A stretch of 64,000 nucleotides of DNA from Candidatus Poribacteria bacterium (GCA_965205025.1 CBDBFU010000026.1:107984-171983); one strand, 5' to 3'. Counted from the first letter of the stretch, positions 51,901 to 61,798 are shown. Made by a program: numbers and translations. Notes: generated from the letters alone by a model not told the origin.

Positions 51901-52921
51901 GACAACGGGTGAGAAATGTAAGTTCAACTTGATTATCTGCAAAACGCGTAATATCTATAGTATTTTCATTCCAACTACACTCATTTGATAGTGATTCAAA
52001 AAGTTGTTCACCTGAGATCTCAATAGAATAATTGACACCCCCTGGTTGTTTTTCTGGATTATCAAACACAACACCATCACGAAGACCAATGCTGAAATGT
52101 AGTATTAGGGATTCATTTTCAGATACGGACGGTAAGGTAAGTTCATACGTAATTCGTGAAGTATCATTTGGAGAGGGGTGTTCAAAGAGGGAAGGTTTTG
52201 TTACACCACCAGATGTATCTGCTGTATTTGCAGAGATATGTTCTCCACCTGTAGAATTACTTTCTTCAAACATCTGAACGAAATCGTATAATAGTTCGCT
52301 TTCACCAAGGGAATATGGGACGTGCGGGACAGTATCTAGTGGTATTTCTTCTACAACAGGATCGACATTTTCCTCCTCACCTGTATCTTGTGGTTCTGAT
52401 TGTTCGTCTGATTCGAGATGTTCTTCAGTTTCAGAAATATCTTCTGTTGATTCATCCGTTTCTTGTGATTCTTCTATTTCAGATTCTTCTTTATTTTCTG
52501 GAAGGTCTTCCATAGAAAGATTTACCAATGGTTCGATCTCAATTTGTGGTGTCTCATCTTTATCAGATATTTCTTGTAATTCTGATGGATCTTCTGTATC
52601 AGGTGTATCTTCTATTTCAAGAATTATGTCATTCTCTTCTGTTTCAATATTTTCTGGTATTTCTTCAATATGATGTTCGTCTGTCCCATCAGTTGAATCA
52701 TCATCGATTTCTTCTGTATGAATATTGTCATTTTCTGATTGTGATTCATCATCATGAGAGGATTCTTCCGTAGTTGTATCTTCAACAAGTTCTGTAGTGT
52801 CAGGTTCGGGTGACTCATCTGAATGTTCAGACTCCGGTTGTTCTTGATCAACTACCTCCTCGTCGTTTTGAGTATCTTCTTCCATTTTTCCGATGAAAAA
52901 ATGTTGGAAAAAGGTCAGCAT
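48932..52921 (-). CDS. Large hypothetical protein: acidic low-complexity N-terminus, CARDB/Ig-like middle, putative (alpha/alpha)-barrel glycosidase-like C-terminus
   Basis: About 190-aa E/D-rich tract; GEAFEVQCTIKNTG; QSEDGSW, PRGAQAWECP, YLKRAEYWA; start may be 52885. Confidence 0.65.
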   Translation of the reverse strand: MLTFFQHFFIGKMEEDTQNDEEVVDQEQPESEHSDESPEPDTTELVEDTTTEESSHDDESQSENDNIHTEEIDDDSTDGTDEHHIEEIPENIETEENDIILEIEDTPDTEDPSELQEISDKDETPQIEIEPLVNLSMEDLPENKEESEIEESQETDESTEDISETEEHLESDEQSEPQDTGEEENVDPVVEEIPLDTVPHVPYSLGESELLYDFVQMFEESNSTGGEHISANTADTSGGVTKPSLFEHPSPNDTSRITYELTLPSVSENESLILHFSIGLRDGVVFDNPEKQPGGVNYSIEISGEQLFESLSNECSWNENTIDITRFADNQVELTFLTRCHVEGNSSYAWALWGHPKLLKLTQNNVAEPEEKTGKQKPQSLEIQCGLAIANLPEDHTAVFEFNRDDFTPAHEIAADIYNQFETDSIELTLYVAQPKLEIVSIGSTAAVVTTGEAFEVQCTIKNTGSGPLGKNSKTRLTINDIKLRRGRNAHNLKPLAVGDTVTYVWYARGVSRQTDQNFSVSLKSRTHQVDERIKGVIQIRPAQPKLEAQVVPELHTYIENKHIVIGNKHLRVILVHNDDQSRSKNGKAKINKSSQAPSQVGYEYIAIYVAKGSTYQQIATTKMIAEVSYLSKGNSQEFRFIPNDVQLVGNSLGESIIRITGEHTDTDGVKWTLLVQLILTEDVKRIKAKYNLSTDQERDLLSFRSAEIYAGHKSTREKKTAAIFPGLEFLEDDEPSSNIRDAAPPLNNRLVPHPYKITIPVMAVEIQKSVVGVTWDPMHCWDGEAQSLSATFASPNWYHQERNHLMGLFIPTIPEWVKENTLVAEKPYTIKPDRPINMDCEIIADGNASILEAISHWTSAYGSPEPLEPPRNDEEELLLSRHGFMYSVWDEETRQSRHCVDWSANNEPGFATLLWYDYLITKSDEVLERVKEIGEKTIADAGPRGLAARGSCHILSGEFPFYYGHIEDALEYYDSEIYPIIESQSEDGSWGFQHTTEQTKSLGTEGDVVLGTCASNALKLLKHARITGNKSSLEAGKKALSYMDRFVVPRGAQAWECPLYEPDILAAAHAIGAYVEAHEVLGNKSYLKRAEYWAQVGLLFLYHWNLPDRPGMRYASIPVFGTTFYTHSWLGVPVQWNGLVYAYFLQRLNQHSKDEKWQKVAEGITISAMYQQWEDGDLKGTYPDGFYGYCTEGKGPHLNPEDIMVNVYTLRGLDPCVKTVISGSIHLSSGATPTLANTSRNGEFKWTLNYADNEVSYTLITGHEQAPSNIRAQVAESDDDRDDSAFEIPQVDSLEEVSSGWCYLPERDAILIKQIHITAEMQFLLVND

Positions 52922-52964
52922 TATATATCTCCTATGTTCATTTCTCAGCAGGAAAATAGGTGGC

Positions 52965-54110
52965 TTATCTATCTTGCCACTGTTTCTTCATATTCTTCAT
53001 TTCATCATTGATAATTACGTCTGATGTGGGTGTTTGGTTTGCCTCATCGATAATCCAATTTCCCTCTTCATCCTTCAATACAGGTTTTCGTTGTAATACT
53101 GGGAGTATACTGAAAGGTTTATGTGGTTCCATTTGATACCAATATGCAACAGATGAAGTCTCATTACTCAGGTGATTACCGTGTCCGTGCTCTATAGTTA
53201 CTCGAATTTCTTTCTCAAAACGGATTGGATTCTCTAAATGATAGACATACGAAGTCTGGTATCCGTTGGTATCGTTTTCATGAATGGATGAACCGTTATG
53301 TGCAAATGCATTCTTTTGCATTCCCCATGCCTGATTAAGGTAATCCTCAGATCCAGTTCCGTGTAAATCTGGTGGCCATTTATAGCCATCAATCCATATC
53401 ATATCATCACCTTCACCCCACCATGTCCCTTGAAAATTGCTGACAGATAGGTTACAACCAATGTAATGTCCCTTACCTTCAGCAGAGAGAATCAAATAAT
53501 TGGTATCCCAGGCAAGACGTTCCGCATTTATGATATTTGCTTCAGCGGTGTTGACTTGTATTTCATGTCCCCATCCATCACAGGGATTTTCACGATGAAA
53601 TTGTGCATGGAAATAAGCTACTTCCTCACTATGTGGGTTGGGGTAAAGTTCATAATCAACATAGAAGTATTGACGGTGTGATGTATCACTTTCATTGACA
53701 AGTTCGATCCGAGCAGAACGATTGAATGGCATTTGCAGATAGCAGTTTAATGCACAACCGGTATTAAACTGATTATTGCTATGGGTAGATGCAGAGAATG
53801 GAATAGAATCATAAGAGTTGACGATCTCGTTTCCAAGTCCAAAAAAGTCTCCTAATGGACATATTACACTTGGATGTTCCTCATCATCCCAAAACATCTG
53901 TATTAGTACATTTCTGTAACCGTTTGGTTGTGTCATCCAGATGTGGTTGATGCAACCTGTACCTTTTATGTCTGCAATGACGCGTGTTTCACCAGGAGCG
54001 ATATCCCATGCATCGTTATTCCGTCCTGTAGTATCCCATGAAGATGATCGTAATGATTTGGCATCTTTTAGATGTGTTAAAGACGACAATAATCCGTCAA
54101 TATAACTCAT
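52965..54110 (-). CDS. DUF2961 (glycoside hydrolase family 172) protein
   Basis: SSWDTTGRNND, GCINHIWMT, PLGDFFG, WWGEGD, HGTGSEDY, TIEHGHGN. Confidence 0.9.
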   Translation of the reverse strand: MSYIDGLLSSLTHLKDAKSLRSSSWDTTGRNNDAWDIAPGETRVIADIKGTGCINHIWMTQPNGYRNVLIQMFWDDEEHPSVICPLGDFFGLGNEIVNSYDSIPFSASTHSNNQFNTGCALNCYLQMPFNRSARIELVNESDTSHRQYFYVDYELYPNPHSEEVAYFHAQFHRENPCDGWGHEIQVNTAEANIINAERLAWDTNYLILSAEGKGHYIGCNLSVSNFQGTWWGEGDDMIWIDGYKWPPDLHGTGSEDYLNQAWGMQKNAFAHNGSSIHENDTNGYQTSYVYHLENPIRFEKEIRVTIEHGHGNHLSNETSSVAYWYQMEPHKPFSILPVLQRKPVLKDEEGNWIIDEANQTPTSDVIINDEMKNMKKQWQDR

Positions 54111-54299
54111 TCACTAATTCCTTCTAATTTTTTTGGTGGGTTAGACTGATGTCAATATGATTTTACTATTATACCATATACCCAGGGAATATCAACATCT
54201 TTATTCAGTAGTACAATACAGATAAGCATAGGACAGACTATAAGGAAAAAGTAAGGTAAATTCGGTAGGATATTCAATTTTTCTAATAAATGTATTCGA

Positions 54300-54500
54300 T
54301 TAAAAATAATCAGAGAAAATGCCATATAACCAATCAAGCAGGTTTGTATCATTGAGAATCCCAATAACAAATATGATAGCAAATATAATCACAAACAGTA
54401 TTGCCAAACGCAAGGAGCGTTTGGCAATACTAATCATGAGGATTATAATACATACTAATAGGATGATAAGGTATGGTGTAGAACGGAACAGCTCATCCAT
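54300..54500 (-). CDS. Small two-TM membrane protein
   Basis: 66 aa, two hydrophobic helices, RBS-like AGGA, co-oriented in the cluster. Confidence 0.55.
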   Translation of the reverse strand: MDELFRSTPYLIILLVCIIILMISIAKRSLRLAILFVIIFAIIFVIGILNDTNLLDWLYGIFSDYF

Positions 54501-54594
54501 ATCAGATCCTACATCTGTTTAGCAATGGTTAATTGCTTGAATAGAGTTCCTGATTTATGTCAATAAACTATCAACTAAAACCAATTACTTACAA

Positions 54595-55410
54595 CTATAC
54601 AGACTCTATGATAGCTTTCATCTTTTCCAATCCGATTCGAGCAACTTCCTCTGGGTCTTCCTCCCAATAGCTTGGATTGAAGAGTTCTAAGGAAATAACA
54701 CCCGAATAATCAGCATCTTTTAATATAGAGATCATCCGTGTAAGATCAAGGATTCCGTCTCCAGGGTACACCCTATCCGCATCTGACTGTTCTGCACGGG
54801 CAGGTTTCGCAGGGGCATCGTTGAAGTGGAAGACTGCAATTTTATTTCCTGGAATTCCTTCCATATCCTCAATTTCTCCACCACCACGGTAGATATGAAA
54901 GGGGTCAAGTACGATAGTACTGTCCGGATGATTAGCGACTTCCATAACTTCTAAGGCATGTTTCACCTGATTCACACCATCAACAAAACCGAGGAATTCC
55001 ATGGCAGGTTTAACACCGAACTCACGACCGAGTTCAAGTAATTCGCGGTAATTCTCACCACCTAATTGTAAATCTGCGACTTCACGTGGTGGACTTGAGA
55101 TAATATAGGTTGAACCCACAGCAGCTGCTTGTTCCATTTTTATTTTTGCATCTTCTATTGCATTTTTATGTTCTTCACCTGTGGTATTAAGCCATCCGTG
55201 TAATGCAATGACAGTTGGCACTGAAAGTCCATTATCATCAAGTGCTTTTTTCACATCACTCAGCGAACCACCTTGTTCCTCATATTCTGATAAGTCGTTA
55301 TTCCACAACTCAATTGCAGTATAACCTGTTTCACCTGCAATCCGAATCTTATCCATTAAACTTGCCGGTCTAATTGTACTTGTGTTTAACCCTAATTCAA
55401 ACTGTGCCAT
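54595..55410 (-). CDS. Sugar phosphate isomerase/epimerase (xylose isomerase-like TIM barrel)
   Basis: AMEFLGF, LDPFH, HFND, RVYPGDG, SLELFN. Confidence 0.88.
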   Translation of the reverse strand: MAQFELGLNTSTIRPASLMDKIRIAGETGYTAIELWNNDLSEYEEQGGSLSDVKKALDDNGLSVPTVIALHGWLNTTGEEHKNAIEDAKIKMEQAAAVGSTYIISSPPREVADLQLGGENYRELLELGREFGVKPAMEFLGFVDGVNQVKHALEVMEVANHPDSTIVLDPFHIYRGGGEIEDMEGIPGNKIAVFHFNDAPAKPARAEQSDADRVYPGDGILDLTRMISILKDADYSGVISLELFNPSYWEEDPEEVARIGLEKMKAIIESV

Positions 55411-55419
55411 TCTCTCTCC

Positions 55420-56221
55420 TTATTTGTTTATCAATGCTCTAATGAAACGGACATCTACACGTGCCAGATCAATAACACTGTCAATAGGTTCACCACCATA
55501 TTCACTATGGAAACTCACAGGGACCTGTATAATCCATACCTTTTAATGTAGCAAGAGTTGTTTCCCAATCAACAAAACCTTTACCCATACGAACGACTTG
55601 TCCACCGCGCATGCCGGGGGAACGTGCAAGATCTTTAAATGCTATCACAGCAAGGTGGGACTTCACAATGTCCAGAGCCATATTTATCGGTTCACCCACT
55701 ATGGATAGATGTCCTGTATCAGCGAAAACACCGACATGTTGTGGATCAAATTCTTTAACTAAGTTCATGACCGCACAGGAATTAAGTCCCATTGAAGTGC
55801 CAGAGTGGTTATGAATACAGGTTCGGGGTCCGTATTTCTCTGAAAGTTTGGCAAACCCATCAAGTTCACCACGAATGAAATCAACCTGATTCCAGTAACC
55901 ACCATTATCAGCGTGCCAATGCCAATACCCTAATTTGATGTTTTCAACCCCTGCCTCTCCCGCTGCTGCAAATACACGTTCGGTTTCCTCTTTTGATGGA
56001 TCTAAAAAATCACCCGGCGTAGTGACAAGTGGCACAGACAAACCTGCATCCGCAAATTGCTTAGCAGCTGCAGGAAGTTCCTTTGTGGCATTTTCTGGGT
56101 TAACAGGATATCCAGGACGAACACATAGGTCAGGTCCTTCAACTCCAACGGATTGCAATGCGGTGATAATCTCTGGAATTTCTAAACCTTCCAGATGTTT
56201 TGTGAACATTATAAATTTCAT
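55420..56221 (-). CDS. Sugar phosphate isomerase/epimerase; apparent +1 frameshift at 55520-55522
   Basis: DLCVRPG, IHNHSG, DTGH, FKD, GKGFVDW; the other frame continues GPVSFHSEY...LINK*. Confidence 0.82.
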
Positions 56222-56276
56222 GTGATTTCCATATGATTATGACACATTAGTTTGTGCCTATTTCTATAAAAGGTGA

Positions 56277-57382
56277 TTACCAATCTACAACGGAACCGTC
56301 ATCTGGATGGTATGTCATAGGATTCAACCAGTCATGATCAATCTTATCAGCGATTGCGTCTTCATCAAGTTCTATACCGAGTCCAGGACCTGTTGGCAGT
56401 TCGACAAATCCATCTTTAAAGACGAATGGATTTTTTAGGTAACCTTCACCAAGTGTTGTATGTTCCTGCATCACAAAGTTTGGTATAGAGGCATCTAACT
56501 GAATACATGCTGCTAAAGAAATTGGACCGAGTGGATTATGTGGTGCGATACCCCCATAATAGGCTTCTGCCATGCCTGCAATGATACGTACTTCGTTGAT
56601 TCCACCGGCATGACATAGGTCAGGTTGTAAAATGGAGGCAGCCTGTTTTTCCAATATCTCACGGAAACCCCATTTGGTAAAGATCCGCTCTCCTGTTGCA
56701 ATTGGTAGGTGTGTACCACGAGCAATTTCTGCCATAACATCAACATTCTGACACTGAATTGGTTCTTCAACAAACATCGGTTGGTACGGTTCCAATGCCT
56801 TGATGAGGAGTTTCGCTGTTTGGGGACTAACTGCACCGTGAAAGTCGATAGCAAGGTCTACCTCTGTACCTGCTGCTTCGCGTAATGCAGCAAAATGGTC
56901 AACGGCTCTATCAACAAAAGCTTTATTCTCAATAATACGAGGTGCTCTACCACCTGCAACACCAGTTTTAAAAGCGGTAAACCCTTTATCGATCCACTCT
57001 TTAATTCCATCAGGATCACCGCCACCTTTATATAACCTTATACGGTCTCGTGTTGGGACCACCGAAGAGTTGGTAGACCGGTACATCCAAAGCTTTTCCT
57101 GCAAGATCCCAGAGTGCCTGTTCTACTCCGCTCAATGCACTTGTTAGGATAGGGTCCTCCACGGTAGAATGCATGTCTATACATTGCTTGCCAGTGGTGT
57201 ACAACCCGTCTTGGATCTTCTCCAATTAGATATGGAGCAAGTTCATCAACAGCTTGTGCACATGTCTTGGCACGACCTTCTAATATTGGTTCACCAAGTC
57301 CTACTAATCCTTCATCTGTATGAATTTTCAGAAATAGCCAACGTGGTTGAACAAGAAACGTCTCTAATTTTGTTATTTTCAT
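56277..57382 (-). CDS. dgoD: Galactonate dehydratase; two apparent +1 frameshifts (57152-57154, 57055-57057)
   Basis: [23 protein letters not shown]|[18 protein letters not shown]|[45 protein letters not shown]. Confidence 0.9.
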
Positions 57383-57637
57383 CAGTGGTTACCTTAGAAT
57401 GAGATTGATATTAGAACTATAAGTGATTGAAGGTTTATGCTATCATTTTGCTTCCAATTTGTCAATCCATTTCCAGAATTGGTACGATGAGTTTTTGGAA
57501 TATTATGACTCATTATATTGAGGGTTATTTGTACCTTGCCAAGTACTATATATTGAATCAAGGGAAATTATTCAGTAAATTTACTCATTTCCACCCATTC
57601 ACATAAGTAATATATTTATTATCATATTGCTTAAAAT

Positions 57638-58221
57638 GTTACACTTTTTGTCACATTGTGTGACATTGGAAAAACCTCTCTTCCGTCAGTACTACACTGG
57701 GTTTAGATCCACTTTTTTAAGGTAATCAGAATTTTCCAAAATGATGAATTTTGTGTCTTTACTTTCTTTAAATCCATTGATTTAGAATCGTTTGAATGTG
57801 AAATATCTTAATCACCCATTTTGACATGATCAGGACTTACGCAATATAAGCAGAAAAAGGTGAAATTTGACTTAAAAAGTCGTCATTTCAGCATTTTAAC
57901 CCCCTAAATCCCCCTTATCAGGGGGACTTTAAGATGAAATGCGTAAGTCCTGATGATATTAGAATATATCCAATAAATCATAGATTTTGAGGATAGTTTG
58001 ATCTTGACATTTGCCAAATTTTTAACCAACAGTGAGATGACGTTTCTATTTAAAGGAATTATACCGATAAGAACGATTCCTAATAATGAGACACACTGTG
58101 GCAAAATGAAAAAGTTACACTTTTCGTTACATGGTGTAACTTTGTAAAATCGCTCTAATCCCTGTAATATAGTGGGTTTATGACATTTTTCTTGAAATTC
58201 TAAAATTTTCATTTTTGTGTC
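57638..58221. repeat. Two degenerate direct repeats of about 110-120 bp (57638-57757, 58114-58221)
   Basis: Both read GTTACACTTTT.GT.ACAT..GTG...TGGGTTTA...TTTTGTGTC. Confidence 0.55.
57831..57952. mobile_element. MITE (122 bp)
   Basis: 13-bp perfect IR CAGGACTTACGCA; 5-bp direct repeat ATGAT on both sides; internal TCCCCCT-tatc-AGGGGGA hairpin. Confidence 0.85.
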
Positions 58222-58335
58222 ATTTTCTGGTGTTTCTAACCACTGAAGCCATCGGTTATTTTTTCTTTGTCTGATTGATTTTTTATGTTCAAAGACCATC
58301 GCCTTTAGTTCGGTTGTATGTTCATTGGTTGACAT
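57904..58335 (-). pseudogene. Hypothetical ORF interrupted at its 3' end by the MITE
   Basis: AAAGGAG RBS before ATG 58335; the stop lies inside the MITE. Confidence 0.4.
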
Positions 58336-58555
58336 TGTAGTTCTCCTTTATAGGTAGTTATATTTTTACAACACAATTTTTAAAGAGCAATGTTTTAAAA
58401 CTGCTCTAAAGTTAGTCCCAGAAAGGGTTTTCTTGGAAATACTTAAAAAATGTATTTTTTTTATTTTTTAAGTATTTCTTTACTCCGTATTTGTTTGAAG
58501 TGTTCTAAACCCTGTTCTGGTATAGGTTTATATGGATATACGATTATGATTTTCT

Positions 58556-58594
58556 TTTTACAACTGTTGTAAAAGTTTTACAACAGTTGTAAAA
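58556..58594. promoter_or_regulatory. Tandem pair of 19-bp palindromes (putative operators)
   Basis: TTTTACAAC-T-GTTGTAAAA G TTTTACAAC-A-GTTGTAAAA. Confidence 0.65.
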
Positions 58595-59031
58595 GTTTCA
58601 TAACTACATTCAGATATAATTTTAATGTTATACATATAGTAACATAATAAAATGCATGTATCAAGATAAAAATTGTATATTGTGATTTATTTTATTATTA
58701 TATTTACTAATATTTGTAATTTGTTATGGATATCTCTACAATATTATATCTTTAGTTGTGTTATAGTTTGGTTTTCTTCAATATTTTTTCATTAATTTTG
58801 GGTTATTATATTTTTAGTTGTATTTTTCTATGTGTTAATTCAAGGAAGTATGGAAAGGATGTCAGAATCGTGGATTACGCGGAGGAGAGGGGTTTTGGGT
58901 GCGGATGGTTTTCTATTCTGAATCGCGGATTACACGGATTACACGGAGGAGCTGGTTGATCTAAATTAATGATTGTGTGGTATCTGGTTAATTATTGTTG
59001 GGTAGTCTGAATACAGAAGGGGAAGAGAAGA

Positions 59032-59093
59032 GTCGGGAATCGGAGTTCCCTCCTACAGAAGAGAAAAGATCGAGGATCGGAATCCCCTCCTAT
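59032..59093. repeat. Two REP-like hairpin units
   Basis: TCGGGAATCGGAGTTCCCTCCTAC and TCGAGGATCGGAATCCCCTCCTAT. Confidence 0.55.
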
Positions 59094-59250
59094 TAAGAAC
59101 TTAATACTTAAATTGCCGTCTACCATGGGTATGGTAGATACAGGAAAATACTTGCATAATAATCCTTGTTAGGTTATTCTTATTAGGTATATGTGTATCT
59201 TAGACCTTTGTTAACAAGGTTTAGATCATAATTGATGATTAACTGGAGAA

Positions 59251-59956
59251 ATGTGGATGGCATCTAAACTATCCATTGTGATTCCGATTTACAATGAGGC
59301 TGAACATTTAGAAGAGATTCTTCGTCAAATTGAAGCTGTGGAAATCGGCATGGAAAAAGAGTTGATTCTGGTAGACGATTGTTCTACTGATGGCACACGT
59401 GACATATTAAAGAAACTTGAAGAATCAACAGAAAATAAAGCAAAGATTTTCTATCATGAAATAAACCGTGGTAAAGGTGCAACTGTACGTACAGGGTTTG
59501 AACATATTTCGGGTGACATTACGCTTGTTCAAGATGCTGATTTGGAATATGATCCAAACGATTATCCTAAACTCCTTCAACCGATCTTAGAAGACAAAGC
59601 AGATGTTGTATACGGTTTCCCGTTTTATGGAGGGACGACAAGAGGGGTTGTTACGGAGTTATCTTGCGAACCGTTTCCTGACTTTCCTTGCTAATGTTGT
59701 AAATGGTACAAATTTAACAGATATGGAGACCTGTTATAAGGTCATTAAAACAGACATTCTTAAAGACATATCACTTAGTTCAGACAGATTTGGTTTTGAA
59801 CCTGAAATTACTGCTAAACTCGCTAAACGAAAATGTAAAATTATTGATGTTCCGATTAGTTATCGTGGTAGAGATTATGATGAAGGTAAGACAGTCAGTT
59901 GGAAAGATGGTATTGCTGCAGTAATTCATATATTTCGTTTTAGATTTTTCTCATAG
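59251..59956 (+). CDS. Glycosyltransferase family 2 (DPM1-like); apparent +1 frameshift at 59616-59618
   Basis: SIVIPIYNE, VDDCSTDGT, NRGKG, QDADLEYDP, VVYG|SRF, TDMETCYK, FGFEPEIT. Confidence 0.9.
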
Positions 59957-59987
59957 ATTCTGATTCCCACCATTAGGTTGTTCATTT

Positions 59988-61751
59988 ATGGGTAATTTAC
60001 AAGATCTACTCAAAGAGGTAGATGAGATCCTGAATACATCTCAGAACGATAAAGATAACTCTATAACAGACGTTGAACAACACTTTGATGATGAACTTAT
60101 CTCCAACCTTAGTACATACTTCTCATATACCGAATTTCGTAAAGGTCAACGTGAAATAATTGATGCTATCTTAGCAGGTGAGAATGTATTTGCGGTTTTT
60201 CCTACCGGTCATGGTAAATCGTTATGTTATCAGCTTCCTGCCTTAATGCTGCCGGGATTAACAGTGGTTGTTTCACCGTTAATCTCTCTCATGAAAGACC
60301 AAGTGGATGCGCTAAAATCCCGTGGTATTACGTCTGTATCTCTATTAAACAGTTCTCAAACTTGGGATGAATATCGTCATGAAATTACTCGCCTAAGACA
60401 AGGTAAGATTAAACTACTCTATGTATCTCCAGAAAAGCTTAGAAGTAGGCGTTTTTTAGATCTGCTGAATACTGTCCTAATTTCCCTATTTGTAATTGAT
60501 GAAGCACATTGTATTTCGCAGTGGGGTAGAGATTTTCGTCCTGCATATTTGTCAATTTGTGATGCTATCAATGCACTCTATCCAAAAACTATCGCACTCT
60601 TTACAGCAACTGCCCCACCTGATATTAGAGAGGACATATTAAGTGTCTTAGATATTTCTGAACCGAAAGTACTGATAGAGGGAATTGAGAGAACCAACCT
60701 ACGACTTGCAGTACATGAAAGCCGAAAGAAAGATGAAAAATATACTTTGTTAGAAAAGTGTATTGGATCACTCTCTGGTAAAGGTATAATCTATGCAGGA
60801 AGACGCGTTGAAACCGAAGAGATCGCGGCACAACTAAAAGAATACAAAATCCGTGCTGACTATTATCATGCGGGTCGCGAACCTGATGAACGTAGTTATA
60901 TACAGGATGCATTCTTTGATGATAGTGAGGATGGGTTGGATGTTGTTGTTGCTACAAATGCATTCGGAATGGGGATTGATAAGGCGAATATACGGTTTAT
61001 TATTCATTGGACGATGACGGGAACACTTGAGGAGTATTGTCAAGAATTTGGTAGAGCAGGAAGGGATGGTGAGGATTCGGATTGCCTACTGTTCTATTAT
61101 CATGATGATCGTAAACTACACGAGTATTTTATTCGGGAGAGTTCACCCGATAAACCTGCTCTATTAAAGCTGCTTAAGGAACTTGAACAGTATAAAGGTG
61201 TTGACGGTTATCGGATGATGGCGATGGATGAATTGGAATGGAAAACTGGCATTAAGGAAGCGAAAGTCCGAGTTTGTCTGTCCTACTTAGAAAAGTTGGG
61301 TTTTTTGAAAAGATGGTTTAATGTCCCTTCTCGTTTTTCGGTAAGACTAAGACATGATGCGAATGCTAATCAGACAGCAAATCCTGAATTGTTCTTACAA
61401 CTTCAAAAGCAACAAGCCACAGATCTGTTGACGTTTAGTCAGAGTATCAATCTGAATCCCCGAATTGTGATGGAGCAACTTACTGAAATTCAAAGTGAAG
61501 GACATCTTCAGTATTGGGGTCAAGACGATCTCATGTTAATTCAGCTTCTATTAGATAGCGATCTGTTTGAATCACTATCTGAAGAGCAGATGGGATTTGG
61601 AGATTATGTTGAAACCAGAAAACGTAGGATAGATAGGATGGTGTATTATGCAGCATCAATGGATTGTCGGATGAAGGTTATTCGGGAATACTTCGGGGAA
61701 GATGTACCAGTGGATTACCAGTGTGGTACATGTGATAGGTGTCAGGAATAA
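59988..61751 (+). CDS. recQ: RecQ family ATP-dependent DNA helicase
   Basis: PTGHGKSLCYQLPA, DEAHCISQWGRDFRPAY, ATNAFGMGIDK, QEFGRAGRDG, C-terminal CR...CGTCDRC. Confidence 0.9.
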   Translation: MGNLQDLLKEVDEILNTSQNDKDNSITDVEQHFDDELISNLSTYFSYTEFRKGQREIIDAILAGENVFAVFPTGHGKSLCYQLPALMLPGLTVVVSPLISLMKDQVDALKSRGITSVSLLNSSQTWDEYRHEITRLRQGKIKLLYVSPEKLRSRRFLDLLNTVLISLFVIDEAHCISQWGRDFRPAYLSICDAINALYPKTIALFTATAPPDIREDILSVLDISEPKVLIEGIERTNLRLAVHESRKKDEKYTLLEKCIGSLSGKGIIYAGRRVETEEIAAQLKEYKIRADYYHAGREPDERSYIQDAFFDDSEDGLDVVVATNAFGMGIDKANIRFIIHWTMTGTLEEYCQEFGRAGRDGEDSDCLLFYYHDDRKLHEYFIRESSPDKPALLKLLKELEQYKGVDGYRMMAMDELEWKTGIKEAKVRVCLSYLEKLGFLKRWFNVPSRFSVRLRHDANANQTANPELFLQLQKQQATDLLTFSQSINLNPRIVMEQLTEIQSEGHLQYWGQDDLMLIQLLLDSDLFESLSEEQMGFGDYVETRKRRIDRMVYYAASMDCRMKVIREYFGEDVPVDYQCGTCDRCQE

Positions 61752-61798
61752 AGTTGTGGTATGTGGGTATTTAATTAGCATGAGTTCGGTGTAAACAA

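Noticed and set aside
54152-54382. 76-aa hydrophobic ORF
   Set aside because: Overlaps a better-supported small ORF and AT-rich promoter DNA; the hydrophobicity is expected from base composition
58556-58600. Possible CRISPR array
   Set aside because: Only two units, no spacers and no cas genes
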